In this document: positions 51,501-62,747 of the stretch, in pieces
Numbering within the stretch: the first letter of the stretch is position 1
Layout: the number at the start of each line of letters is the position of its first letter
Assembly (NCBI GenBank): GCA_000708835.1
Contig: DF237137.1
Location: 95,815-159,814, forward strand
Length of the DNA stretch: 64,000 bases
Reading direction: 5' to 3'
Source of the DNA: Klebsormidium nitens
Lineage: Eukaryota; Plantae; Klebsormidiophyceae
Position numbers and translations under genes: made by a program
Notes under the pieces: generated by a model
The model's database searches: none
Told to the model about the DNA's origin: nothing
The model's input: only the letters and a program-made list of their open reading frames with translations

Positions 51501-53950
51501 TTCCTGTGTTAGGCGCGGTCCGTGTGCGTCAGTTGTCTGTTTGAGGCCAGCAACGTGGCGGCTATTGGTTTCGCTTCACCAGCGTAGAACCAGAAGGAAT
51601 TGCGGTTCAATTCTCGGACGCACACGCTTCTTAGGTTCTTTAGTATTCAGCCGAAGATATGATCCGGCTTTCGGTCTGCCTTAGACGTCGAAACCTTTGC
51701 TAGACGCCTGCCGCAGCCCCTTAACGTCAACACATGATATCCAACTCTAAATCTCTGACAGCTTGAAATTGGTAACCCTTATACTCTCAAGACTCAAATC
51801 GTTGAATCATTTCTGCGCAGGTTGCTTAAACCCTGCGGAGGAGATTGTGCGCCTATCGCACTCCGTCGGCGCGAAGGTCCTGCTTGATGCGTGCCAGAGC
51901 GTGCCGCACATGCCGGTGGACGTCCAAGCGTTGGACGCGGACTGGCTCGTGGCGTCCGGACACAAGGTGAGGACTGTAGAAATTGTCGCGGCTGCTTACG
52001 TCTCACGACGATAGTTCAGGTGTGTGAAAATTGAACCAGTCTGCTCGCTGGTCGTTTACTGTGTCACCCGCTGACGTTATTTTGTTCCTCGCAGACATTC
52101 GGCTAGACCGACACCGTTGTCCTGTCCTTCTATGAAAAAAATGACGACAGGTTTTCCGCTGCCTGCCAGTCAGATCAGGACCGAAGGCTGACGCCTGCTA
52201 ATATCGACTGCCCTTCCGCTGACCTCATCTCTTCGGCTGCTGACGTCACTCCCTCGATGCATGGGCCGACAGGCGTCACCTTTCTGTACGGCAGATTCGA
52301 CGCAGTTTTGGGCATGCTGCCGTGGCAATGGACGCCGAGATGATCCGTGACGTGTTCTTCGCATTTCTCTGCTGCTGACGTCACCTCCTCTCTCCTCAGA
52401 TGTGCGGGCCGACCGGCATCGGCTTCCTCTACGCCAAGTGGGACTTACTTCTAAGCATGCCGCCGTGGCAAGGCGGGGGCGAGATGATTCGTGACGTGTA
52501 CTTTGACCATTCGACGTACCAGGAACCGCCGTCGCGGTTTGAGGCGGGGACGCCTGCGATCGGGGAGGCGATTGGGCTGGGGGCCGCGTGCGACTACCTG
52601 AGCAGTGTTGGAATGGAGAGAATACATCAATATGAGGTCAGTCTGGCTTAAAACGTTGAGTTGCTTCCACGTCTGCCGCAATCTGAAGAGCGATCGTGTG
52701 AAGCGGGGACTGGACCGATGGTTTATGCGCGGAGTCCCTTTTGTGGGGCGGGGAATGCATCGGCACTCGCCAACGCTGAGAGTTCATCGTCTCTTTCCTT
52801 ACCGTTGAGAAGGAAATGATTCAATCCTCGGTCGCGGATGTGGGCTGATTCATTCGAGTAATGCAGCCTGCGGATCTTTGCGACACCATTTTCGGGAAAT
52901 CTTTCATCAATCTGGAATTGGGAATATGGCAGGAGAAGGGAGTTCGGAGGCCGGGAACGGAACGCCATGGCAAGCAAAAGCCAAGTTCTTTACACAAAAA
53001 TACGGGAAGAGCTCTTTGGACAATCTTTCCCCATTTTGCAGGTCGAGGTCGGGCGCTACCTGTATGAAAAGCTGTCCGACATCCCGGAGATTCGGATCTA
53101 TGGCCCGCCCCCCTCCCTGGCTGACCGGGCGTCCCTCTGCGCGTTCACAATAGAGGGCGTGCACGCAACCGACTTAGCTTCCCACCTGAACGACTTCCGG
53201 GTGAGTCTGGGGAAGCCTAGCGGATCGAGCAGCTGTTTGCAAGTTTTTTCTATTGAAACAGATTGGGGGTACTGCTGTCAGTCCGACTCTGTGGCGACAG
53301 CAAGAGCGGGTCTGTGGCGACAGCAAGAGCGGGTCCCTTACAGAATCAGTTACTTCTGAGCTCTGTTTCGACATCTGTCGAAGCTCGCATGTAAAGTGTG
53401 CGACCGGGCCAACCGCTCGATTTGCAGTGACGGTATTTCTTCTAAATGCACTGGCTTTTTCGCACCAAGCTCCAACCGCGAGCACACTTTTCTAGGCTTA
53501 TTCTCGAGCACTTCCTCCAAGCACTCGCTCTTCGCTTATATCTTCCAATCTGCCGGGCTCCCCAGCACGTTCTGAAGCGCGCTCCTTAGAATAGGCTTCT
53601 AAAGACCCGAGCACACTGAAGAAGTTATGCCAAAAGGAGTTACGCTTGTGAGCCAATTCCCGTACACTTATGCCAAAACTGTTAGGCTCTCGAGCACACT
53701 CGTCCGGCGCTTATGATATTGCTTTTCTCCTAAAACCCTAAAACCCTAAAACTCTAAAAACCCTAAAACCCTAAAACCCTGCAGGGCGTCGCGGTCCGGT
53801 CAGGCCACCATTGCACTCAACCGCTGCACCGAGTGTTGGGCGTCAACGCCACCGCTAGAGCCAGCTTATATTTCTACAATAGGAAAGAAGAGATTGACGT
53901 ACTAGTAGACGCCATAAGGGAAGGAATCGACTTCTTTACGGCCCCCCTAG
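48600..53950 (+). CDS. NFS2: Plastid cysteine desulfurase SufS (CpNifS), 7 exons
   Basis: Transit peptide, then [47 protein letters not shown]|MCGPTGIG (PLP Lys), RFEAGTP and [15 protein letters not shown] (catalytic Cys, group II). Confidence 0.96.
50821..51240 (+). repeat. Three decayed copies of the SufS exon-3 acceptor and exon start in the upstream intron
   Basis: tgcagattgtgctgtcctagatggagcgacacagcaat (50821), ~50946 and ctgcagatcgtgttgtccccaacgga (51061), versus the real ttgcag|atcgtactgtcccaaatggagcaccacagcaac (51202). Confidence 0.8.
53289..53335. repeat. Perfect 22-bp tandem duplication in the last SufS intron
   Basis: ctgtggcgacagcaagagcgggt occurs twice in tandem. Confidence 0.85.
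53729..53780 (+). repeat. Interstitial telomeric tract, ~6 x CCCTAAAA (TTTTAGGG type)
   Basis: cctaaaaccctaaaaccctaaaactctaaaaaccctaaaaccctaaaaccct lies immediately before the gcag acceptor of the last SufS exon. Confidence 0.85.
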
Positions 53951-55274
53951 AACCGCCCCCCGGGTTTTAGTCGCAGATGCTGTACACTAGGGGGACGAGA
54001 GGAGCGCCGCTCGTTGGCCCTTGTACATACGCATGTGATATCTGTTGGAACAACTAACTGCATTTTTGATTGCAACACGTATTGAATAGTGGGAATGAGC
54101 CTCGCTATCAAGGATTTACAGCACGAGCGCTTGCTCCGAGGAAGCACGTTGCGGGGGCGCTATGGGTTCAGTGGAATGAATGTCTCGATGCCCCTCTTGT
54201 TGATTACCTATTGCATGAAGCTAGCACTGAGCAGGTTGATATAGTAGTATCAGATTTGAAGCACAAGCAACCTGGGAATTCTTTTTTGTTCGCGGTAGAT
54301 TCTTCGTTATCTGTTTGAGTCGAGCGCGGCGGTGAATTTTCGAATTACCGCCGGCGAGTCGTACGGCGGTTTTCGATTCAGTGTAAAAATTCGGGACTTA
54401 GCCGTTTTCGGAGGTCAAAATCGCCCGTACACGGGGCAAAAGTCAAAATCTGGCCGAAAAGCTGCCATAAGTCGGTCGAAAAAATTATTTGGACCAAACC
54501 CTCCGGTCAATCTCTTGTATACGCCCTCCCCATGAACTCCAACATTTTACATCGTCCAATTTGACCCACATATGATACCGACCATGTCAAATATGATCTT
54601 AAATATCAAAAAATGGCAATTCTGCGGGTAAAAATCGCCGTGAAAACACGCATACGCGACTCGGCGCGAAACTCCCTATTGCGCACGGATTTTTCAACTT
54701 TTTGCCTCTAGACTCGCAGGTTCAGGTTGCTTGTGAGGCCGGTTCTAAACTGGATATTGCATGACTTATGGGGTGAAACTTCGTAAATCCGGCCACATGC
54801 ATACAACAATATATGTACGGTATAGCCGCGCTCTCTGATTATTTGTTGACATGGAAGCTAAAACATTCGGATTTGTGAATCTAGCCTAGTATACCCTGCG
54901 CAGCGGCATTGATCGAGTACAGCCGGCGGCCAGGCGCCCCGGCGGCCAGCCGCGTAAGCCGCGGCCGGGCCGAACTCAGTCGGGGGTTTCAGGTTTAGCC
55001 ATTCAAGGGGGATCCGCGGCCGCGGCTGCCGGCCCGACCAACGTCCAGGCCGCGCGCGCGAATTTGTGCGCTATAAACTGCACATGGGGCCATACAAATG
55101 CCAATGGTGCAAGCTCAACCTTCAAAGTCGATCAGAGGAGCTTGCAGAGGAGCTTCTTGTAACTGACAACCAGCAAGATGCAGCGATTCACCCTGCCCCA
55201 GGCGGGCCAAGCTCACGGAAGCATCCTGAACAGACTCTGGCGGAGCCTCCAGGCGGGGGTGCAGAGCACAACTG

Positions 55275-58200
55275 ATGCGGAAGGTGGTAAGGGCCTCCGT
55301 CACTGTCTCATGCGAGTTTAGGCTGATCAAAGGTGTTTGGGGTTCCTTGAGAGGGTGGTCAAAAGTTTTGTGTTGTCTTGAGCATTACCACTCACGAACC
55401 ATAAATAGTCGCACGTCATGCACACAGCATTGTAAACTTCGACAGCATTTCTATCACTTTTCCAGTGGTAAGTTCCCCATCTGAGCGCTGTGAGTGATGG
55501 CGCCAAAGAAAAAGTGCCCCTACTTTTCAAGCCACTTCAGCGTTTTGTGCAATGGTTTTAAAAATCTGGACAAATTCCACACCTGATCTTAAAAGCAAGA
55601 TCACAGATCTCTTCAGATGGTTCGGGCATTTGCCAACTTGACTTCTTTTTTCCCTTTTCCTATTTGAAGCTTTAGAACGCCCCCTGGCCTTTTCAGGCAC
55701 TTGTATTTTAGGCAGAAACATTTGACAGTCAGATGTTCTGTTTGCATTTTGCGGCCCCTCAGGTGCACAGGTCTTACAGCGACACCCACTCTTTTGCAGC
55801 ATTGGCAAACTTGGTGGGCGCCCATGACGCCCATGCCAGCTCGGCTCAATCCTGCTGTCCACTTGCCTCCTCACCTAAGCAGAGGGCCGGAGGGATCCCC
55901 CAAACTTCCCGCCCATCGAACGTCCCCCATGCTTTCTTCCCACCTGCACACGCACGGGGGTTTGCCGCTACAGCAGCGACCAACAGCGCGTTTCCTGAGG
56001 CGTTCGATGCGCAGATGGAGACGGAAAGCAGCGACGGATGCCCGGCATCGTTGGAAGAGTACAACGACGTCCTAAGGAACCTGTCACGAAACACGAGGTG
56101 GGTCTGCCGATGGCCAATCTTTGATTGTCTGAAATGGGTTGAGATTTTGTCACAATCTCTCGGTGGCGCTATCACAAATGGTGTGGGATTGTTGTTGACG
56201 CACTTTTACGAGTGACAGGTCGAGTCATTTCTTCTTGTCCTGCACTTTTCTTTCAGTCTGAGCTGGATATTTTCTTCGGAACGGTTTGCAAACGGATCAA
56301 GTGCTGTGCAAGAATGAATCATGGATTTTCTCAACGTTCAACAGGACCATGCGTCACGGGAGTTCTCAGGAAAAAGAACAGCGCATCAATGAGTTGGGGC
56401 CCGCACTTTTCCAGAGCCTTCCTTGTCATGCATCCAGATTCCGCGCTGTTTGTCCATCGGACGGATCAATCAATGTTTATTGAAAATGTATCCATCTGCT
56501 CCGTGCTCGTACCACCCAAGATCAAAAATGTACTAAGTCTTCTCCCTTACAATCCCTCGACTTCATCAAACCCGGATCTCCATTCTTGCGAATATCCCTA
56601 TATACTGGCAACTCCAGCTTTAACCAACAGCAGCATTCACTAAACAGGAGCCCCGGTGAAACGATGCAGAAAGCGTGAGGTTTACATGGATATGCTGCAA
56701 ACCTCAGTCATGCTAACCCCCTACTAACCCCCCCCCTTCCCCGGGTGCTTAATGTCAGCAAAAGCTACCTAGTGCAAGTAGAGTTTCCGGAAGGTTTCCA
56801 TTTGGAAGTTTCCATCCGGTCCCCTCAGTATCGGCGAAATGAGGAACGTGTGTCACAACCTGACTCTCGACGGCACGACATCACTCTCATAAAACTGGAT
56901 TGCGATGTTGACATTCATTCCCTTCTCTTCCCAATCGTCCAGGATCGACGAGATTCGCGATGTGTACGACGACCTGACCCTCGACGGCATCGCGCCAGAT
57001 CGCTCCACATACCACACGACGATCGGCGCCTGCATGCGCGCAAGGTCTCTCCAAGACGTGCTCTTCTTCTACGACCGGATGATGATGCAGGCAAGCCGCA
57101 AAATCTCCTGCCTTACGTTCTTGCCCGAGTTGTTAAATTTTCTTTCCGGTCGGATAGAGGCTTCGTTTCTGTTGTTATGATACGGAGCGAACTGAAGGCG
57201 GAAACAGCCTTGCATTGGGCAATCTTGACATGACAATTGGGAAATCTAGTATCATTTTCAGTGTCAGCAGTTGCAGGGTTGTTCCAAAGAGCGCTGGTAG
57301 TCATTTGTGCCATGTTGTTGCGATCGTCGAGAATGATTCTCCCGTTTTTAAGCAAGGCTTGACAACAACACCAAGAAAAAGATCAGAGAAGGAAAGCAAA
57401 CGACATGAGGAGGAAACAAGGACAAAATTTCGAATTACAAGGGAACACCGCTAGAGGGTCCATTACAGGGCCTTGTTCGATTCGGAAACGCTCTTTTTAC
57501 ATGATCGTCAAGGCGTATTTTCGAGTCGTCCCTTGCGGTCCTTGCTCTCCTCTCGAAGCAGGTCTAAAACCTAGAGTAAGGAACCAGAGACAATCATCAA
57601 GACGAGCGAAATGTCTCCACATTCTGTTGCATGGCCTTTTTCCTGACGCGGCGCTCTTTCCCGTGATCTTCAAGGCGTTCCATTGCCTTATCGCTTGTCG
57701 TGCTTGATCTCTTTCCCGTGTTCGAAACAGAGCCCAAACAACAACGAAAAGAACACCAATCAGGTAATAGAAAAGAAACAAATGACATTTCTTAGACAAT
57801 AACAAGACAAAAGCAAGAATTCTACGCAGGGCGTAATTCCCAATGGGATTCTTCCATGTGATCCTGAAAGACGTGTATTCGTTTCGTTCCTTTTGGTGAA
57901 TAATCTTATACTTGAAGCAGAGCCGAAAGCACACAAATCTAGAATCTTATCAACTCTAGAAACTAAACAATACCAAGAGTGAATCGTCTATCAACGCCAA
58001 ACTACAGGGCCTCATTCCCGATGCGACGCTCTTCCACGTGATCCTGAAGGCGTGCACGCGCGCGCGCGCGCCCAAGAAAGCGTTCGAGATCGCGGACGAG
58101 ATGGAGGCGGTTGGCACGCTCGCCACGACCAAGACGTTCCAGCACCTGCTCGTCGTGTGTGCCAAGGCGGGCCAAGTTGACTTGGCGTGAGTTTCAGGCA

Positions 58201-61200
58201 TACTAGTCTCTTAAATCGACTTGGCATGAATTTTAGGCATACTAGTCTGTTAATGTAGAGTTTTGGTCTAGTTATCACGGAGTCTTAGGCGCTTCATTCA
58301 GAACAATAAGGCAGTTGTCTTAGTTTCGGCATCTGCTCATGGGTTGTGTGGCCCAGGCGGGCCAAGTTGACTGGCGTGACTCTCAGACAGAGTCAATCCA
58401 CGGTTAGGCTCTGGGTTATCTCTTGGGTAATTGGACAACGTCCAAAGATAACAATGACGGAAGGGAAAGCACGGAAGCTGATGCGCTCTTATTTGCTCTG
58501 CAGGAACGACGTGGTGACCAAGATGAAGTCCAAGGGCTTGGTGTTGAACAAATTTCACTACGCGGCACTGATCGAGGCCATCGCCAACCAGAAGCCGCAC
58601 CCCGGCAGGGACACCACCGGAGCAGCGGTGAGCGGAATTCCGTCGGAATGAGCGCTGTTAACGTCACAATGAGCAAATATAACGTCAGAATATCCAACAA
58701 AAGTCAACGGTCGTCTTGAGGGTGAGCGGAACCTACCAGGCGGACCGCCATTCCGTGCTTCGGTGCTGACGTCAAAATAAACGCTTCAGATGTCTCGTTT
58801 GTGCTTGCTAGCTGAGTTTCGTCCAAACCCCCTGCCTAACTCGGACTGGACTTCTTATGATCGTACCGCTGTGAGTCCGAGCTCCACGAGATTCCGCAGA
58901 TTGCCCGTAACGTCAGTATGAGCGGAACTACGTCAGAACAGAAAGTCAACGATCGTCCCAAAATTGACATGGGTTTCGCACCGGATTGAGGCACGGAAGT
59001 GGTGCTGAATCCCGTTGTTTGTGCGCTCGTCTCGTGTTCGTGTCGATAGAGCCGCCGCAAATGCCTTCTGCCTGTGCGGCTGGCGCTTCTGAATTGTCGG
59101 TGCAAAGCGATCCTTCTGCTGGAACTCTCGCTGCAATTGATACGCGCTGCCCTCGTCCCTTGTGGCAAAATCGCTCGTTTATCAAGCTTCACACTTCTTT
59201 TGGGTTGACTGCCGGCGAGGCAGAAGTAGTACGGTTGCTTCCTAACTCCGCCCGAAACGTTGCCGCGAAATCCTCGTTACTTTGAGGAAAACGTCGGCTT
59301 TGGGTGGACTATCAAGTCTGAGGTCTGGGCGATCGGCTTGCGGCTGGCACGGCAAAAAAGCAAGAAAGCATTAGGCTCTGAAAGTATGACGGAAATGAGG
59401 GTTCGGAAATAACACAGGAACTGTCGGCGCACAAGTCTGCTCCAGGTGTCCCCCTCTCGATGCTGGACAAGGTCCGTACAGGACAACGGAAACAATCAGA
59501 AGCATTTACGACCGAGGGAGAAAACCTTGATCGACGGCTCAACCATCTCTGCTGGTTCTTTTCCCTCCAGATCTTGCGATTGTTCGAGGTGGCTTGCAAG
59601 GATTGCGACGCATGAGGTTGACTCCTCATGAGGGGTCCCGCGGCGCTGACGTGCCTGTGACGACCGCCTTACAAAATCGACGGTGAAAAAGGCTCAGAAC
59701 ATGATATGAACGGCACTCATTGATCCTTTCCGACTTTTCCCTCCAGATGTTGCGAATGTTCGACGAGGCGCGCAAGAACCGCGACGCGTGGGTCGACCCG
59801 TACGAGGGGGTCTCCCGTCGCTGGCGCGCAGGGGGCGACCACTTGGGTCCCGAAGACGACGACGAAGAATCCGGACCCGCGCGGCCCGATCTAGTTGTCT
59901 ACAAGGCCGCCCTCAACGGGAGCATCACGCTCTACTTTGAGCAGGTGCGCTTTGTAGAAGCAGTCTTTCCATTTTTGTCACGTTTCCTGCTTCCATCCCT
60001 TTGTCGCCGACTTTGTTCTGTCAAGGGTAGATCTGAATCTACTATCGCTTTATAGCCGTTAGGAGCGGTAAGGTAGCTCTTCTGTTGCGCATCGATCAAG
60101 GGTGAAGTCAGATCCGTAAGGATGCAAAGACCGGTCGCGCAGAAAATTTCAACCCTTGCCCCTGAGGCCCCGAACTTCTGGGTAAAGACTTTGCGCGTTC
60201 CTGACAGCGCTCTGAGTTGACAGCGAAAGCCCGACGGGGGATTGGTGCACGCGGTGCGGAAAACGTCCCCGAAGTATGTCATCTTATGTACCTCAGAAAC
60301 CCTTTGATCACAAGCTTTTCAAAACCTCGCAATCCTGCACCCTCGACGCAGGGAACAGGTGCGCTTCTGACAGCGCCGCGGGAAGACGGCGCGGAGCTCC
60401 AAGAACCCCCAAGAAACAAATTGAATTTTTGAATCTATACAACCCACACATTCCAAAAGCTCTAAATGTTTGACACCCGTAAACCTCAACACAGGGAGTA
60501 CTCGCAGTTCTGACGGCGCTCCATGAGGGCGGCGGGGAGCCGGACGGGGAGCTGATGCACGTTGCGTCTGAAAGCCCAGTTTTTGTTCGTTACGAATCAT
60601 TAGTGTTTTGTGGGAAAAGAGCCAAAATTGCTTGAACATCGATGCAGGGGGTATGCCCTTTAGCACTCTGGTATCCTAACAGCCTAAAAGTCTTGACTTT
60701 CAATGCAGGGGATACGTGCGGTTTTGGCGGCGCTGCGTGAAGACGGCGCGGAGCCGGACGGGGAGCTGATGCACACGGCGCTCTTCGAGCTCGTCAAGGC
60801 GCGCGACTTCGACCAGGCGTGCCAGCTGCTGGACGACTTCCCCAGCTCGCCCCTCGGGGTGACGTCGTATGACGTCAAGGCAAGCTGCCCCTGATCTTTG
60901 CAAACCCGGAGATCTCACAAACTGAGGGCGTTGGAGGGAGTTGAGCACCTAAGTGACGTTGTCTTAGCCAAGGAAACCTTCCCTCGTTTGTAGAAGTGCC
61001 GTCCTCGCGTCATGCTGACAACTACGGGGGGGGGATCCCTCCCCCCCCGGCCGTAGTGGTTCTTATACACGGCGTCGTAACTCAGAGCATGTGCCCTGCT
61101 CTGCTGTTGAAGCGCTCTATTCTGCACCCTTTTCCGCTCAACCCACGTCCCGACACCCGTCTTTTTTGCTGCCCTAGTTGCTCTCCACGGAGGGTCTTCT

Positions 61201-62747
61201 TCGCAAAGACTATGTCTTGTTCAGCGCTCGGCCGTGCATGTTATTCTGTAAAGCCGTATCTGACACCCGTCTTTCTCGCTTCCCTAGTTGCTGTTCACGG
61301 AGGTCGTCTTCGCGAAGCATATGCCGACTCTGCAGCGCTTGCTGACGCGCCAAATGGACCCCAACGTGCGCACCTTTTTCAGCGCGCGCGACGCCAACGG
61401 CCTGCTCTCCATGATGGACAAGATGCTCCGGGTGAGCCGCGTGACGTCACCTTGTCCTTTCCGTGACTTCACGGCTTTGGTTAGCTTTAGAGGTTTGCTG
61501 ATCAGTATGGTTGAGGTTGTGTCGCCTAGCAATGGCCGGCTTCAGCATGATGAGTAAGATGCTCCGGGTGAGACGCGTGACGTCATCCTCTGCCTGGCGC
61601 TGACGTCACGGCCTAAATTTGCGAGGGGATTGACGGAGGAGCTTGAGTTGCTGGGCAACGGCCTGCTTCAGCATGATGGTCAAATGCGCCGGGCGAGCGG
61701 CGTGACGTCATCCTTCCCCCACGTTATTGTCTCAGTCAGGCATGAGGTCGAACCTCACACTAACCGTGAACCATGAAATCGGGTGTCGAACTCCGTCTTC
61801 CGTAATTCCTCCTGCGACGCGGCGCAGTTTTCTTTTTGGGTTCTTATCACGCCGGGAACGACTCCCCGATGCTTTCTTTGCGACGTCTGAGACCGGAGCG
61901 TCATGCTGACGTCACAATGCTTTTCTCCTCCTGCAGAAGATTGACTACACGATGTGCGTTTCCATGTGGGAGGTGCTTCGGGGGATGGACATTAAGCCGT
62001 GGCTCCCCGCCGCTAAGGACCACATGCGCTGCCTCATGGTCAGAGCGCTCCTTTCTCATCGCGTCCGTTTCCCTTGTTTTTCTTGTACTTTTTCTGCCAT
62101 TAGTTGCCCTCTTCGAATTTCGGTATTTCTCCTTATCTTCATCGACTTGTTTTCGTTATGTTCCGCTTCCCATTTGCTTGTCGATGAAGCAAACGTTTCT
62201 GCTCTTTCTCGTCTTATCGTTCCTCCTTTTCTGTTTCTCCTTTTCTCTGCCGCCTCTTTCTTCTGTTTGCCTCGCATTATGCCATCGTTTATGGTCGACG
62301 GTCATATACGCTGATTCCTCTCCTCTTTTTCTGGTCCGCAGTTCTCAAAGTCTCCTGTGCTCCCCCGATTTTTCTTCTTTCTATCACATCCTTAGGACCT
62401 TATCTCTATTTCGAAGCTTTTGCTTGTTCTGCTTCGCTCGTTTCCTAGCTACGGTGTCCATCTAATCCTTTCGCCGTCAATTCTCTTCAATGTGCTGAAC
62501 TTTTTTCGAAGGTCGACTAAGGTCCACAGAATCAGGCGGCCTTTCTGCTCAATCGTTTGTATCACTACAGGTGAACAAGATTCCCGAGACGGATCCGCAC
62601 TTAACGGAGGTGAAAGGCTGGATCGACCTGATCCAGTCGAGGACTCTGAGCGGACAGAATTTCCACACGCCGCCAAAGAGGCGGGTGGAATCAGCGGAAG
62701 GACGGAATTCGTCCAGAGAGCCTGAAGAAGCATCTCAATTGCAATGA
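55275..62747 (+). CDS. P-type pentatricopeptide repeat protein, likely mitochondrial (resembles Arabidopsis At4g35850 family); start codon uncertain
   Basis: Exons at about 55761-56097, 56943-57089, 58008-58186, 58504-58633, 59748-59944, 60708-60887, 61289-61430, 61938-62038 and 62571-62747. They encode IRDVYDDLTLDGIAPDRSTYHTTIGAC, GLIPDATLFHVILKAC, TFQHLLVVCAKAGQVD and GLVLNKFHYAALIEA. Confidence 0.85.
57460..58060 (+). repeat. Three decayed copies of a PPR exon acceptor and exon start, ~170-190-bp period
   Basis: Copies at about 57463, 57631 and 57823 of cag|ggcctcattcccgatgcgacgctcttccacgtgatcctgaaggcg (real exon at 58008). Confidence 0.8.

Noticed and set aside
11709-53950. Iron-metabolism supercluster (CISD2, diiron enzyme, P450, SufS)
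   Set aside because: CISD2 and SufS are housekeeping genes separated by unrelated genes (ARTs, U6, TSR2), so chance adjacency is sufficient.
54330-54720. Possible non-autonomous DNA transposon (AT/GC-patchy, short palindromes)
   Set aside because: No convincing terminal inverted repeats or target-site duplication could be found by eye.
54900-55050. Possible hammerhead ribozyme (ttgatcgag..ccgaac)
   Set aside because: The CUGAnGA and GAAA cores are not present in the required form.
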